Source: Microcystis aeruginosa NIES-843 (lineage in GTDB: Bacteria; Cyanobacteriota; Cyanobacteriia; Cyanobacteriales; Microcystaceae). From it: 32,000 nucleotides of DNA. Positions 8,378-16,896 of the stretch are shown here, piece by piece. The stretch is from assembly GCF_000010625.1 (NCBI RefSeq), contig NC_010296.1, positions 1,680,001-1,712,000 of the forward strand, written 5' to 3'. Made by a program: the position numbers and the translations under genes. Positions within the stretch are counted from its first letter, which is position 1. Each line of letters begins with the position of its first letter. Under the pieces are notes generated by a model. The model was not told where the DNA came from. It did no database searches and worked only from the letters and a program-made list of their open reading frames with translations.

Positions 8378-8503
8378 TTCTAGGGTTCCGATTTAAGCGT
8401 GCTTAAATGTCAGGTCCGAGAGGAGCAAGCTAGTCTTAAATGAGCGGATCAAAAATTTTTTCCGTCTAAGCTGGCTACACGGCGGGATAAAAGCCCGGGA
8501 GAC
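8378..8503 (+). promoter_or_regulatory. guanidine-I riboswitch aptamer (ykkC-yxkD class)
   Basis: Carries the conserved ykkC blocks CUAGGGUUCCG (8380-8390), GGUCCGAGAG (8413-8422) and CUACACGGCGGGAUAAAAGCCCGGGAGA (8475-8502), in the 5' leader of the ureohydrolase gene. Confidence 0.9.
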
Positions 8504-8560
8504 TTTAAGGATAACTGTTTTGAGGCAGTGTCTTTGAAGACTCCCGGGTTATTGTATTTT
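8494..8560 (+). terminator. riboswitch expression platform: intrinsic terminator whose 5' arm overlaps the aptamer 3' strand
   Basis: Positions 8494-8510 pair with 8532-8548 (17 positions, 1 mismatch, 2 G-U). A U-rich tail TTATTGTATTTT follows at 8549-8560. The shared CCCGGGAGA implies an ON switch. Confidence 0.8.
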
Positions 8561-8568
8561 GAGGTGAA

Positions 8569-9750
8569 ATGATGTCCGAGGAATCTACTTTTCAACCCCC
8601 GCATTTAACCGAAGCTGAACAGGCCCTAGAAAAAGAACGCCATTTGCCCCTAACCGGTTGGCAACAGGAAGTTTCCCAGGGGTTAACCTACGGTTTAGAG
8701 GCGGCCGATAGTATTCGCGATCGCAGTATTCCCACCTTTTCCAGGGGTGAGTTACCCCACTATGCGGGAATTAACACCTTTATGAAGGCCCCCTATTTGG
8801 AAGATGTGCGGAATGTGGGCAATTATGACGTGGCAATCGTCGGTGTTCCCCATGATTCGGGGACAACTTACCGACCCGGAACTCGTTTTGGTCCCCAAGG
8901 AATTCGGCGGATTTCGGCCCTTTATACGCCCTACAATTTTGAATTAGGAGTAGATCTGCGCGAACAAATTACTCTCTGTGATCTGGGGGATATTTTCACC
9001 ATTCCTGCTAATAATGAAAAGTCCTTCGATCAAATCTCGAAGGGGGTTGCCCATGTCTTTAGTTCTGGCGCCTTGCCGATTATTTTAGGGGGTGATCATT
9101 CCATTGGTTTTCCGACAGTGCGGGGTATTTGTCGGCATTTAGGGGATAAAAAAGTCGGTATTATTCACTTTGATCGCCATGTGGATACTCAGGAAACGGA
9201 TTTAGATGAACGGATGCACACTTGCCCCTGGTTTCATGCCACCAATATGAAAAATGCTCCTGCTAAAAATCTCGTCCAATTAGGGATTGGTGGTTGGCAA
9301 GTTCCCCGTCAAGGTGTTAAAGTTTGCCGCGAGCGGGCCACTAATATTTTGACCGTCACCGACATTGTGGAACGAGGCATTGATGCGGCCGCCGAATTTG
9401 CCTTAGAACGAGCTTTAGATGGTACGGATTGCGTTTGGATTAGTTTCGATATTGATTGCATTGATGCCGGTTTTGTCCCCGGTACAGGTTGGCCAGAACC
9501 TGGCGGTTTATTACCCCGTGAAGCCTTAGCTTTATTAGGTAAAATTATTCAAAAAGCTCCCATTTGTGGTATGGAAGTGGTGGAAGTTTCCCCTCCCTAC
9601 GATATTAGTGATATGACCTCTTTGATGGCTACCCGTGTTATTTGTGATGCCATGGCCCATCTGGTTATTTCAGGTCAATTACCCCGTAAAGAAAAGCCCT
9701 ATTATATTCATTCTGATGCCAATATGGAGGTTGATGAACCTTGGATTTAA
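8569..9750 (+). CDS. gdmH: arginase/agmatinase-family ureohydrolase, predicted Ni-dependent guanidine hydrolase (GdmH / Sll1077-type)
   Basis: 393 aa with ureohydrolase metal-binding motifs (GGDHSIGFP, HFDRHVDT, SFDIDCIDAGF). The context of a ykkC riboswitch upstream and hypA/hypB-like genes plus an ABC importer downstream matches the Synechocystis gdmH operon. Confidence 0.85.
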   Translation: MMSEESTFQPPHLTEAEQALEKERHLPLTGWQQEVSQGLTYGLEAADSIRDRSIPTFSRGELPHYAGINTFMKAPYLEDVRNVGNYDVAIVGVPHDSGTTYRPGTRFGPQGIRRISALYTPYNFELGVDLREQITLCDLGDIFTIPANNEKSFDQISKGVAHVFSSGALPIILGGDHSIGFPTVRGICRHLGDKKVGIIHFDRHVDTQETDLDERMHTCPWFHATNMKNAPAKNLVQLGIGGWQVPRQGVKVCRERATNILTVTDIVERGIDAAAEFALERALDGTDCVWISFDIDCIDAGFVPGTGWPEPGGLLPREALALLGKIIQKAPICGMEVVEVSPPYDISDMTSLMATRVICDAMAHLVISGQLPRKEKPYYIHSDANMEVDEPWI

Positions 9751-9801
9751 GGACAAAAGCAGCAATAATTAGAGAGGTAACACATTCGCGAAGAAACACC
9801 G

Positions 9802-10158
9802 ATGGCCAAAGGATTTGGAATTCCTATTAACAAAAGGTTAGGTTACGTTTTAACTCTAGTATCTGATCCTAAAATTTATGCTGCTGCTGAAAATGCTTTG
9901 CCCTATCTTGATCAAGATGAATCAGATGAACCTTTTGCTGGTATTACTAATGACTTGTCAATGGCGCGTGTCTGGAAAAGTCGCAAACAAGCAGAAAAAA
10001 GTGTTCAGAATTATCTTGGATTTTTAATGGATTGGATGACTAATGAAAATTTAGACAGATTAACTATTTTAATTTGTTCTTTAAACGCTAACAACAAAGG
10101 AGAGTTAACGACCGAAATTGCCCAAAAAATGCAGCTAGAGAGAGTAGAAAAGGAGTAG
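9802..10158 (+). CDS. hypothetical protein inserted between gdmH and the hypA-like gene
   Basis: 118-aa ORF on the same strand, with gaps of 51 nt upstream and 15 nt downstream. I recognise no motif. It looks AT-richer than its neighbours. Confidence 0.5.
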   Translation: MAKGFGIPINKRLGYVLTLVSDPKIYAAAENALPYLDQDESDEPFAGITNDLSMARVWKSRKQAEKSVQNYLGFLMDWMTNENLDRLTILICSLNANNKGELTTEIAQKMQLERVEKE

Positions 10159-10173
10159 CCACTTCAGCATATT

Positions 10174-10530
10174 ATGCACGAAACTGATATGACCAAGGCG
10201 TTAATTATGACAGTTCGAGATTGGTATGATAGCCAACCTGAAAAGCTCAAAATTGAAAAAATTCATCTCATGGTTGGTGAATTTACCTGTGTCGAACCGG
10301 TCAGTTTACAATTTGCCTTTGAAGTTCAAACTGCCAATACTTTTCTTGCCGGCGTGGAATTAGCTATTAAAAATATTCCCCTAATTGCTTATTGTCATTG
10401 CTGCCAAAAGGATTATCAACCCCAAATTGGCCAGCAATATTCCTGCCCAACTTGTCGATCGCCGATGGAGGATATTCGTTCAGGTCGAGAGTTAAAAATT
10501 GACCACATTGAATATTCTTTACTTTTTTAA
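10174..10530 (+). CDS. ghaA: HypA-like nickel metallochaperone (GhaA-type accessory protein)
   Basis: 118 aa. It has the N-terminal MHE Ni-binding motif and zinc-site pairs CHCC...CPTC (CxxC-x12-CxxC). Confidence 0.85.
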   Translation: MHETDMTKALIMTVRDWYDSQPEKLKIEKIHLMVGEFTCVEPVSLQFAFEVQTANTFLAGVELAIKNIPLIAYCHCCQKDYQPQIGQQYSCPTCRSPMEDIRSGRELKIDHIEYSLLF

Positions 10531-10561
10531 ACAAAGTTAGGCGATCGCTTATAAAAGTTCG

Positions 10562-11278
10562 ATGATCAATTATTCATTCTCAACTAAAATGCACCAAACT
10601 TTTGACGCAGCCCTAGAAATTAATCTACTTCATGCCAATCAAACAGGAGCCGATCACAACCGGGAACATTTTGACGAGTGGGGCATTACCTGTTTAAACT
10701 TGATGAGTAGTCCCGGTGCGGGTAAAACTGTGTTATTGGAAAAAACCCTCGCAGCCTTAAAAGATCAATTAAAAATGGCTGTTATTGAAGGTGATATGAC
10801 TACAGAACTAGATGCAGAGCGCCTGAGACAATATGGAGTTCCCGTGATTGCCATTAATACGGGTCGCTCCTGTCACTTAGATTCCAAAATGGTAGCCGGG
10901 GGAATTCATCGTTTCAAAGAAGATTATAACCCCAAAGAGTTTGATTTATTGTTGGTGGAAAATGTGGGAAATTTAGTTTGTCCCGCCGAATTTGAGGTAG
11001 GGGAACACGCTAAAGTTGCTCTATTAAGTATTACTGAAGGAGAAGATAAACCCCTCAAATATCCAATTATGTTTCAAGAAGCGGATTGTCTGATTATTAC
11101 CAAATTAGATCTGGCTCCTTATTTAGAGATTGATTTAAAACGTTTAGAAGCAAATGTTCGTTCTATGAATCCCGATGTAAAGATTATTGCTCTTTCTGCT
11201 CAAACAGGAGAAGGTTTAGAAGAGTGGTTAAATTGGCTAAAAAGCCAAGTCAATATTCCGAGATTTTTGAATTGTTAA
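10562..11278 (+). CDS. ghaB: HypB-like nickel-dependent GTPase (GhaB-type accessory protein)
   Basis: 238 aa with P-loop [20 protein letters not shown] and TKLDL (NKxD-like) motifs typical of HypB. The start may instead be the internal Met 10. Confidence 0.85.
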   Translation: MINYSFSTKMHQTFDAALEINLLHANQTGADHNREHFDEWGITCLNLMSSPGAGKTVLLEKTLAALKDQLKMAVIEGDMTTELDAERLRQYGVPVIAINTGRSCHLDSKMVAGGIHRFKEDYNPKEFDLLLVENVGNLVCPAEFEVGEHAKVALLSITEGEDKPLKYPIMFQEADCLIITKLDLAPYLEIDLKRLEANVRSMNPDVKIIALSAQTGEGLEEWLNWLKSQVNIPRFLNC

Positions 11279-11340
11279 TCAGTAACAGTTTTTGAGGTTT
11301 ATTTCTGTTCTAATTAGGTAGGTGTTAAAAATTCTCAGAT

Positions 11341-11372
11341 TCCCCCCTTGATAAGGGGGGATTAAGGGGGGA
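11341..11372. repeat. C6/G6 hairpin TCCCCCC-TTGATAA-GGGGGGA followed by a second GGGGGGA
   Basis: Read directly. It sits between the hypB-like gene and the transporter genes and may act as an attenuator or RNA-processing hairpin. Confidence 0.7.
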
Positions 11373-11429
11373 TCAAAGGCAAAATCTATCTTCTTACTTA
11401 CTAGCTGTCATCTCTAAAGGCTATTACCT

Positions 11430-12470
11430 ATGAAACGGCGCAATTTTTTCTCCTTACTTCTCGTTTTTTTTAGTAGCTTACTACTGACCGTTAGTTGTAA
11501 TCAAGCTCCTCAGCAAACCCCCAATGCAAGTAGTTCTCTGAGTAATACTGCCCCCATTGTCATTGGTTATAGTAACTGGGCCGGTTGGTGGCCATGGGCG
11601 ATCGCTGAAGAAGAGGGATTATTTGCTAAAAATGGGGCTAATGTTCAAATGAAATGGTTTGATGGTTATCTTGAATCCTTACAAGCTTTGGCCGCCGGAC
11701 AATTAGATGGAAATAGTCAAACTCTCAACGATACAATCGCTTTTGCGGGAGATGCAGTGAATGGTCAAGTTGCTGTTTTAGTCAATGATAACTCGTCAGG
11801 AAATGACAAAGTTATTGTCACAGAAGAGATTAAAACGATTCAAGATTTAAAAGGCAAAAAAGTTGCTGTTGAAGAAGGCGTTGTCGGTGACTTTCTCCTC
11901 AGTTTAGCCCTAGAAAAAGAAGGAATGAGCCGTAAAGATGTGCAAATTGTCCCCATGGAAACAGGGGCTGCTGCCGCCGCTTTTGCATCGGGAAAAGTCG
12001 ATGCAGTGGCCGCTTTTCCACCCTTTTGGTCAACGGCCCTTAAACGAAAAGGTTCTAAAGAATTAATTAGTTCTAAAGCTTTTCCAGGTGCTATTCCTGA
12101 TTTATTAGTTGTCAGTGCCAAATTAATCAAAGAAAAACCAGAACAGGTTCAGGCTCTCGTCAAAACCTGGTTTGAGGTTCGAGAGTTTATGGCTAAAAAT
12201 CCCCAAAAAGCCGATGAGATTATGGCCAAGCGTGCGGGCATTAGCCCAGAAGAATTGGCCTTATATAAAGAGGGAACGAAGTTTTTCACCTTAGAAGAAA
12301 ACCTAGAAGCCTTTAGTCCGGGGAAAACCATGAAAAATATGCCCTTTGCCGCTCAAAAAATGGCTGATTTTATGATGGAAGTTGGCTTTATTAAAAAAGT
12401 CCCCGATCTAACAACCATTCTAGATGCCCAATTTGTCAAGGCGTTGGCAAATCAAGACAAAAAATCCTAA
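11430..12470 (+). CDS. ABC transporter periplasmic substrate-binding protein, NitT/TauT (NMT1-like) family; predicted guanidine-binding component
   Basis: 346 aa. It has an N-terminal signal peptide ending LLLTVSC (possible lipobox) and an NMT1/SsuA-like fold pattern. It sits in an operon with a matching permease and ATPase. Confidence 0.8.
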   Translation: MKRRNFFSLLLVFFSSLLLTVSCNQAPQQTPNASSSLSNTAPIVIGYSNWAGWWPWAIAEEEGLFAKNGANVQMKWFDGYLESLQALAAGQLDGNSQTLNDTIAFAGDAVNGQVAVLVNDNSSGNDKVIVTEEIKTIQDLKGKKVAVEEGVVGDFLLSLALEKEGMSRKDVQIVPMETGAAAAAFASGKVDAVAAFPPFWSTALKRKGSKELISSKAFPGAIPDLLVVSAKLIKEKPEQVQALVKTWFEVREFMAKNPQKADEIMAKRAGISPEELALYKEGTKFFTLEENLEAFSPGKTMKNMPFAAQKMADFMMEVGFIKKVPDLTTILDAQFVKALANQDKKS

Positions 12471-12537
12471 TTAGTCCCTCGATCATTATCTACAAGATTG
12501 ATTAGGGAGATAAGTTGACTTCAAGAATTGTTTGATA

Positions 12538-12627
12538 AGTACCTAAGAAAAATTAATTACACATATCTAACTACCTCTTGCATGAGTGCCTATCCTAACC
12601 AAGAAATTAATTTTGCACGACTACTTA
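12538..12627. mobile_element. MITE-like repeat, copy B, inside the guanidine operon (between SBP and permease genes)
   Basis: About 90 bp, near-identical to 5122-5233 but without the 15-nt duplication. Confidence 0.6.
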
Positions 12628-12675
12628 ACTGGGTGATATTGGCTATCAAAATTATTCTTTTCTTTGGCAAATCCC

Positions 12676-13491
12676 ATGACCACAACACCTAAAACGCTTC
12701 CTCAAAGCACTTTTTGGCGGATTACCGAGGATATTCCCGAATCCCTCAAATGGACTTTAATGGTTTCCTCTATTATTGTCCCGCTGATTTTATGGTTACT
12801 AATCTCTAGTTTTGCGGGCATTGAATCCGTATTTTTGCCTTCTCCTTTAGCCGTTATTCAGGCCTTAGGAAAATTGGCAGAACAGGGCTTTTTAATTCAA
12901 GATACTATTACCAGTTTTTTACGAGTAGTTGGAGGCTTTTTTTTAGGAGGATTGTTTGCTATTCCCCTAGGGATTTTAATGGGAACTTTTCCGAGTATTC
13001 GTAGTTTAATGGAACCGATCATTGGCGTTGTCCGTTATATGCCCGCTCCTGCTTTTATTCCCCTATTGGTTATTTATTTGGGTATTGGAGAAACATCAAA
13101 AATTATGCTGATTTTTATCGGGACAATTTTCTTTAATACCCTGATGATTATGGATGCAGTTAAGTTCATTCCCCGTGAATTGATCGAAGTAACTTATACC
13201 CTTGGAGGAACTCGAAAACAGGTTTTATTTAAAGTGATTACTCCCTATATTATTCCTAATGTTATCGATACTTTTCGTGTTAATATGGCGGCCGCATGGA
13301 ATTTGGTAGTGGTGGCGGAATTGGTGGCGGCCGATAATGGATTAGGCAAACGGATTTTATTGGCCCAGAAATTTCTGAGAACCGATGAAATTTTTGCCTG
13401 TTTAATTGTCCTGGGAATTATTGGCTTTGCCCTAGATTTAAGTTTTCGTTTGTTTTTGCAGTGGACTTGTAAATGGTCAATTACTCGTTAA
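12676..13491 (+). CDS. ABC transporter permease, NitT/TauT family
   Basis: Multi-TM ORF. The track ORF starts at TTG 12664, but the first ATG at 12676 (MTTTPKT...) is the more likely start. A BPD-transporter EAA-like loop is present (ELIEVTYTLGGTRKQVLFKV). Confidence 0.85.
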   Translation: MTTTPKTLPQSTFWRITEDIPESLKWTLMVSSIIVPLILWLLISSFAGIESVFLPSPLAVIQALGKLAEQGFLIQDTITSFLRVVGGFFLGGLFAIPLGILMGTFPSIRSLMEPIIGVVRYMPAPAFIPLLVIYLGIGETSKIMLIFIGTIFFNTLMIMDAVKFIPRELIEVTYTLGGTRKQVLFKVITPYIIPNVIDTFRVNMAAAWNLVVVAELVAADNGLGKRILLAQKFLRTDEIFACLIVLGIIGFALDLSFRLFLQWTCKWSITR

Positions 13492-13561
13492 CTTAAAAAC
13501 TCAATAACAGAGTTTATTCTGTCACCAGTAAAGTTATTTTAATGATAAGAGAAGAACCTTA

Positions 13562-14320
13562 ATGCACTTAGAAATTACTCAACTCAATAAAATTTTCACC
13601 ACTAAACGAGGTGCTGTGGTCGCTCTGAAAGATATTAATTTACACGTTGAAAGTGCTGAATTTGTCTGTGCGGTCGGGGCCTCTGGTTCGGGAAAATCAA
13701 CTTTGTTGCGAATGATTGCGGGTTTAGAGCTGCCCACTTCCGGCAAAATTACCGTTGATGGTGTTGAAGTGACAGGGCCAGGAGCCGATCGCGGCATGGT
13801 TTTTCAAAATTATACACTCTATCCCTGGATGACGATCCAAAAAAATGTTGAATTTGGCTTAAAACTACAGGGATTATCGACAAAAGAATGCTGGGAAGTG
13901 GCCTGTTATTATCTGGATATTGTCGGTTTAACTCAATTCGCTAATGCTTACCCTAGAGAACTATCGGGTGGGATGAAACAACGGGTTGCGATCGCCCGCT
14001 CTCTTGCCTGTCATCCCAAAGTCTTATTAATGGACGAACCTTTTGCCGCTTTAGATGTACAAACCAAAGAAAGAATGCACGAATATTTAATTGAAATTTG
14101 GCAAAAAATTAGGTGTAGTATTTTAATGATTACCCATGATGTGGATGAAGCGGTTTTTTTGGCTCAACGTATTTATGTTTTGACTGCTAGGCCAGGGACT
14201 ATACAACGGGAATTAACAATTAATTTACCCGTAGATCGTAATTATAAAATTAAACGACAAGCTCAGTTTTATGACTATACGGATGAAATTTACGGCCTGC
14301 TACGGGGTGAGAAATCCTAG
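13562..14320 (+). CDS. ABC transporter ATP-binding protein, NitT/TauT family
   Basis: Walker A GASGSGKST, signature LSGGMKQR, Walker B LLMDEPFAALD and H-loop ITHD. Confidence 0.9.
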   Translation: MHLEITQLNKIFTTKRGAVVALKDINLHVESAEFVCAVGASGSGKSTLLRMIAGLELPTSGKITVDGVEVTGPGADRGMVFQNYTLYPWMTIQKNVEFGLKLQGLSTKECWEVACYYLDIVGLTQFANAYPRELSGGMKQRVAIARSLACHPKVLLMDEPFAALDVQTKERMHEYLIEIWQKIRCSILMITHDVDEAVFLAQRIYVLTARPGTIQRELTINLPVDRNYKIKRQAQFYDYTDEIYGLLRGEKS

Positions 14321-14621
14321 AAAAAACTAGGGATCATCAAGAGTAGTCCCTGGTTGAAAACGAGTTAGAGCAGCAAAAATCATCCTCTAGAGATACTTTC
14401 CGTTATCTAGCATCGCCAAACAGCGATCGCTCGCTGCTGCCGCCAACCCTAAATAAGTGATGGAACAGTTGTTCAACCATTAAGATTTTGTGATAATCCT
14501 GGGTAAGTGTGATCTAAAGTACAGCTTTTTTTGGGAAAGTTTCTCCATCGGTGCTGCCTTGGGGCGCAAATATGATAGAATGCTGGTAAATTGATACAAA
14601 ACTTTACTTCAAGGTGAATCT

Positions 14622-15584
14622 ATGCCGTTTACGATCGAATCAGCGCGGAGCATTTTCCCCAACACGCTATCAGCGGATGTGGTTCCTGCCACGATTGCGC
14701 GTTTCAATCAGCTGAATACCGAAGATCAACTAGCCTTGATTTGGTTTGCCTATCTAGAAATGGGCAAAACCATCACCGTTGCCGCCCCTGGCGCTGCTAG
14801 TATGGTGTTTGCCGAAAAAACCATGAATGAAATTCGGCAGATGTCACCCCTGCAACAGTCGCAGGTGATGTGCGACTTAGCGAACCATGCTGACACCCCG
14901 ATTTGTCGTACCTACGGCACTTGGTCTGCTAATATCAAACTGGGATTCTGGTATCAATTAGGACAATGGATGGAAGATGGCAGTGTTGCCCCAATTCCCA
15001 AGGGTTATCAACTATCTGCTAATGCCAGCGCCGTTTTAGACGGGATTAAAAAATTAGAGTCTGGACAACAAATCACCGTTCTGCGGAATTGTGTGGTCGA
15101 TATGGGCTATGATCCCAAGAAACTGGGCGATTATAACCGTATTTCCGAACCCGTGGTTCCTCCCCAAAATATTGCCGAACGGACCAAAGTTAGCATTGAA
15201 GGCGTTACCAATGCCACCGTCCTCAACTATATGGACAACCTCAACGCCAATGACTTTGATGTATTAATTGAATTATTCACCCCTGACGGCGCTCTGCAAC
15301 CACCTTTCCAACGTCCCATCGTCGGTAAAGAGGCAGTATATCGCTTTTTCCGCGAAGAATGCCAAAATTTGAAATTAATCCCCGAATGCGGCGTAGTGGA
15401 ACCCGCCGATGACGGTTTTACTCAGATTAAAGTGACGGGAAAAGTACAAACCCCCTGGTTTGGTGCGGGTGTGGGTATGAATATGGCATGGCGCTTCCTC
15501 CTAACTCCTGATAATAAAATTTTCTTCGTAGCGATCGATTTATTAGCTTCTCCGAAAGAATTATTAAACTTTGCCCGTGGCTAA
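14622..15584 (+). CDS. ocp: orange carotenoid protein (OCP1-type)
   Basis: 320 aa. MPFTIESARSIFPNTL...DQLALIWFAYLEMGKT and the C-terminal NTF2-like part (FFVAIDLLASPKELLNFAR) closely resemble Synechocystis Slr1963. Confidence 0.95.
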   Translation: MPFTIESARSIFPNTLSADVVPATIARFNQLNTEDQLALIWFAYLEMGKTITVAAPGAASMVFAEKTMNEIRQMSPLQQSQVMCDLANHADTPICRTYGTWSANIKLGFWYQLGQWMEDGSVAPIPKGYQLSANASAVLDGIKKLESGQQITVLRNCVVDMGYDPKKLGDYNRISEPVVPPQNIAERTKVSIEGVTNATVLNYMDNLNANDFDVLIELFTPDGALQPPFQRPIVGKEAVYRFFREECQNLKLIPECGVVEPADDGFTQIKVTGKVQTPWFGAGVGMNMAWRFLLTPDNKIFFVAIDLLASPKELLNFARG

Positions 15585-15628
15585 ATAGCTACTGAGAGAA
15601 ATCATTAAAAATTCTGATGAAACTTATT

Positions 15629-15659
15629 AGAGTTCCTTGTCAAGTGAACTCTTTTTTTT
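15629..15659 (+). terminator. intrinsic terminator downstream of ocp
   Basis: The AGAGTTC (15629-15635) / GAACTCT (15646-15652) stem is followed by a T8 run. Confidence 0.7.
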
Positions 15660-15813
15660 CTACAATTAAAAGGCTGACTTAAAAAATTGGGAAATACACC
15701 GGTTTCTTCTCTGATCTAGGTAAGAATAACTAAACAATCATTCTTAACAGATGTCGGCGAAAAGAGTCATGGTAGTTCAAAAACCCAAAATTATCATCCC
15801 TAAAACTAAAATC

Positions 15814-16140
15814 ATGCCTATGAGTGAAATAATTTGGTCAGATACCGAACAAGAAATTGCTCAAACTGCTTTCCAAAAAGCCTATCAGCGAGAAACTAGC
15901 ACTTTAATAGAACATATTAAAGAACAGTCTGGTCAGATCACGGTTTTAGATGATATCTGGCAAATGCACGATTATCTAAGCGCCCGACGACATCAGATTG
16001 ATGGTAAATATGACTATCGCTATACTTCCCTAATTTTTGTCTTTGCCCAACTGTTAAAGGAAGGATGGTTAAAGCTAGAGGATCTCAACGGTTTGGAAAA
16101 AGATAAACTAGCGAAAATCGCTGCCCTCTCGCGAATGTAA
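15814..16140 (+). CDS. frp: fluorescence recovery protein
   Basis: WSDTEQEIAQTAFQKAYQRE...IDGKYDYRYTSLIFVFAQLLKEG matches FRP. The ORF opens at 15751, but comparison with Synechocystis FRP suggests a start at ATG 15814 or 15820. Confidence 0.85.
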   Translation: MPMSEIIWSDTEQEIAQTAFQKAYQRETSTLIEHIKEQSGQITVLDDIWQMHDYLSARRHQIDGKYDYRYTSLIFVFAQLLKEGWLKLEDLNGLEKDKLAKIAALSRM

Positions 16141-16307
16141 ATTAATGATTAGCATTAAGCTATCAGCTTTCTGCTCCTAGTTGGGTGACTAAAAAATTCA
16201 TCTCTAGATAATCAACCCCGTCTTAAGTTTTTCCTAAGCGGCAACCAATTCCGCTAGAATGAGTCAATCATCCCGATCGCTTGTCGCTTGTTTTGCACCT
16301 TTGGTTT

Positions 16308-16823
16308 ATGTTCAAAAATCTTTTACTTCCTCTAGGAATATCTATCTTTCTCGGTGTTTGTCAGTCTTTGTCAGCCGCCGAATCAGCTATCATCAAATAC
16401 TACATCTTCCAAGGGTCTGTATCGGTATCAGAATTAAAGCAATTGAGCGAAACAGGCGAATTAGCTCCCGCTTTAGCGGCACAATTAAAGATGGCTAACC
16501 AAAAACCCGAAGAATTCCGTAAAATCCTTAATCGTCGGGTAGCGGTGGATGCCGTCTTTCTTTCCAAATTTCTTAATAGTTTTTTTGGCGAAAGTTTGCT
16601 AGATTATGCCGCCGAAATTGTCCACACCCCCAATCGGGCTGCTAGTCGGCAAGCTTTACGGGGTTCCTTAGTCACTTCTGCCCTCAACGATAACGAGATT
16701 CAAATCATCGAAGTCCTCGACAATTATCCCACCAGCGAGGTTCATGTGGATGGCAATCGTCTGCTGGATTTAATCAACCAAATTGAATCAGTATTGAAAA
16801 AAATGCCCCGTTTACCTTTCTGA
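16308..16823 (+). CDS. secreted DUF1400-family protein
   Basis: The track ORF starts at TTG 16281. ATG 16308 gives the signal peptide MFKNLLLPLGISIFLGVCQSLSA|AE. The remainder resembles cyanobacterial DUF1400 proteins. Confidence 0.65.
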   Translation: MFKNLLLPLGISIFLGVCQSLSAAESAIIKYYIFQGSVSVSELKQLSETGELAPALAAQLKMANQKPEEFRKILNRRVAVDAVFLSKFLNSFFGESLLDYAAEIVHTPNRAASRQALRGSLVTSALNDNEIQIIEVLDNYPTSEVHVDGNRLLDLINQIESVLKKMPRLPF

Positions 16824-16896
16824 TACCAAATCCGCCTTTCAGGTTTTCGTGAATTGCGCTGTAAATTGAATAAATTAGGATAATCTGGTAGGAATA

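Noticed and set aside
14321-14621. Promoter call for ocp (TATGATAGAAT around 14571-14581)
   Set aside because: A -10-like TAGAAT/TATGAT is present, but no -35 element lies at acceptable spacing (11 or 18 nt from weak candidates). That is not enough for a supported promoter annotation.
16259-16498. 79-aa ORF overlapping the DUF1400 gene start
   Set aside because: It is out of frame with the longer ORF, which has a proper signal peptide, and its R/S-rich composition is typical of an off-frame translation.
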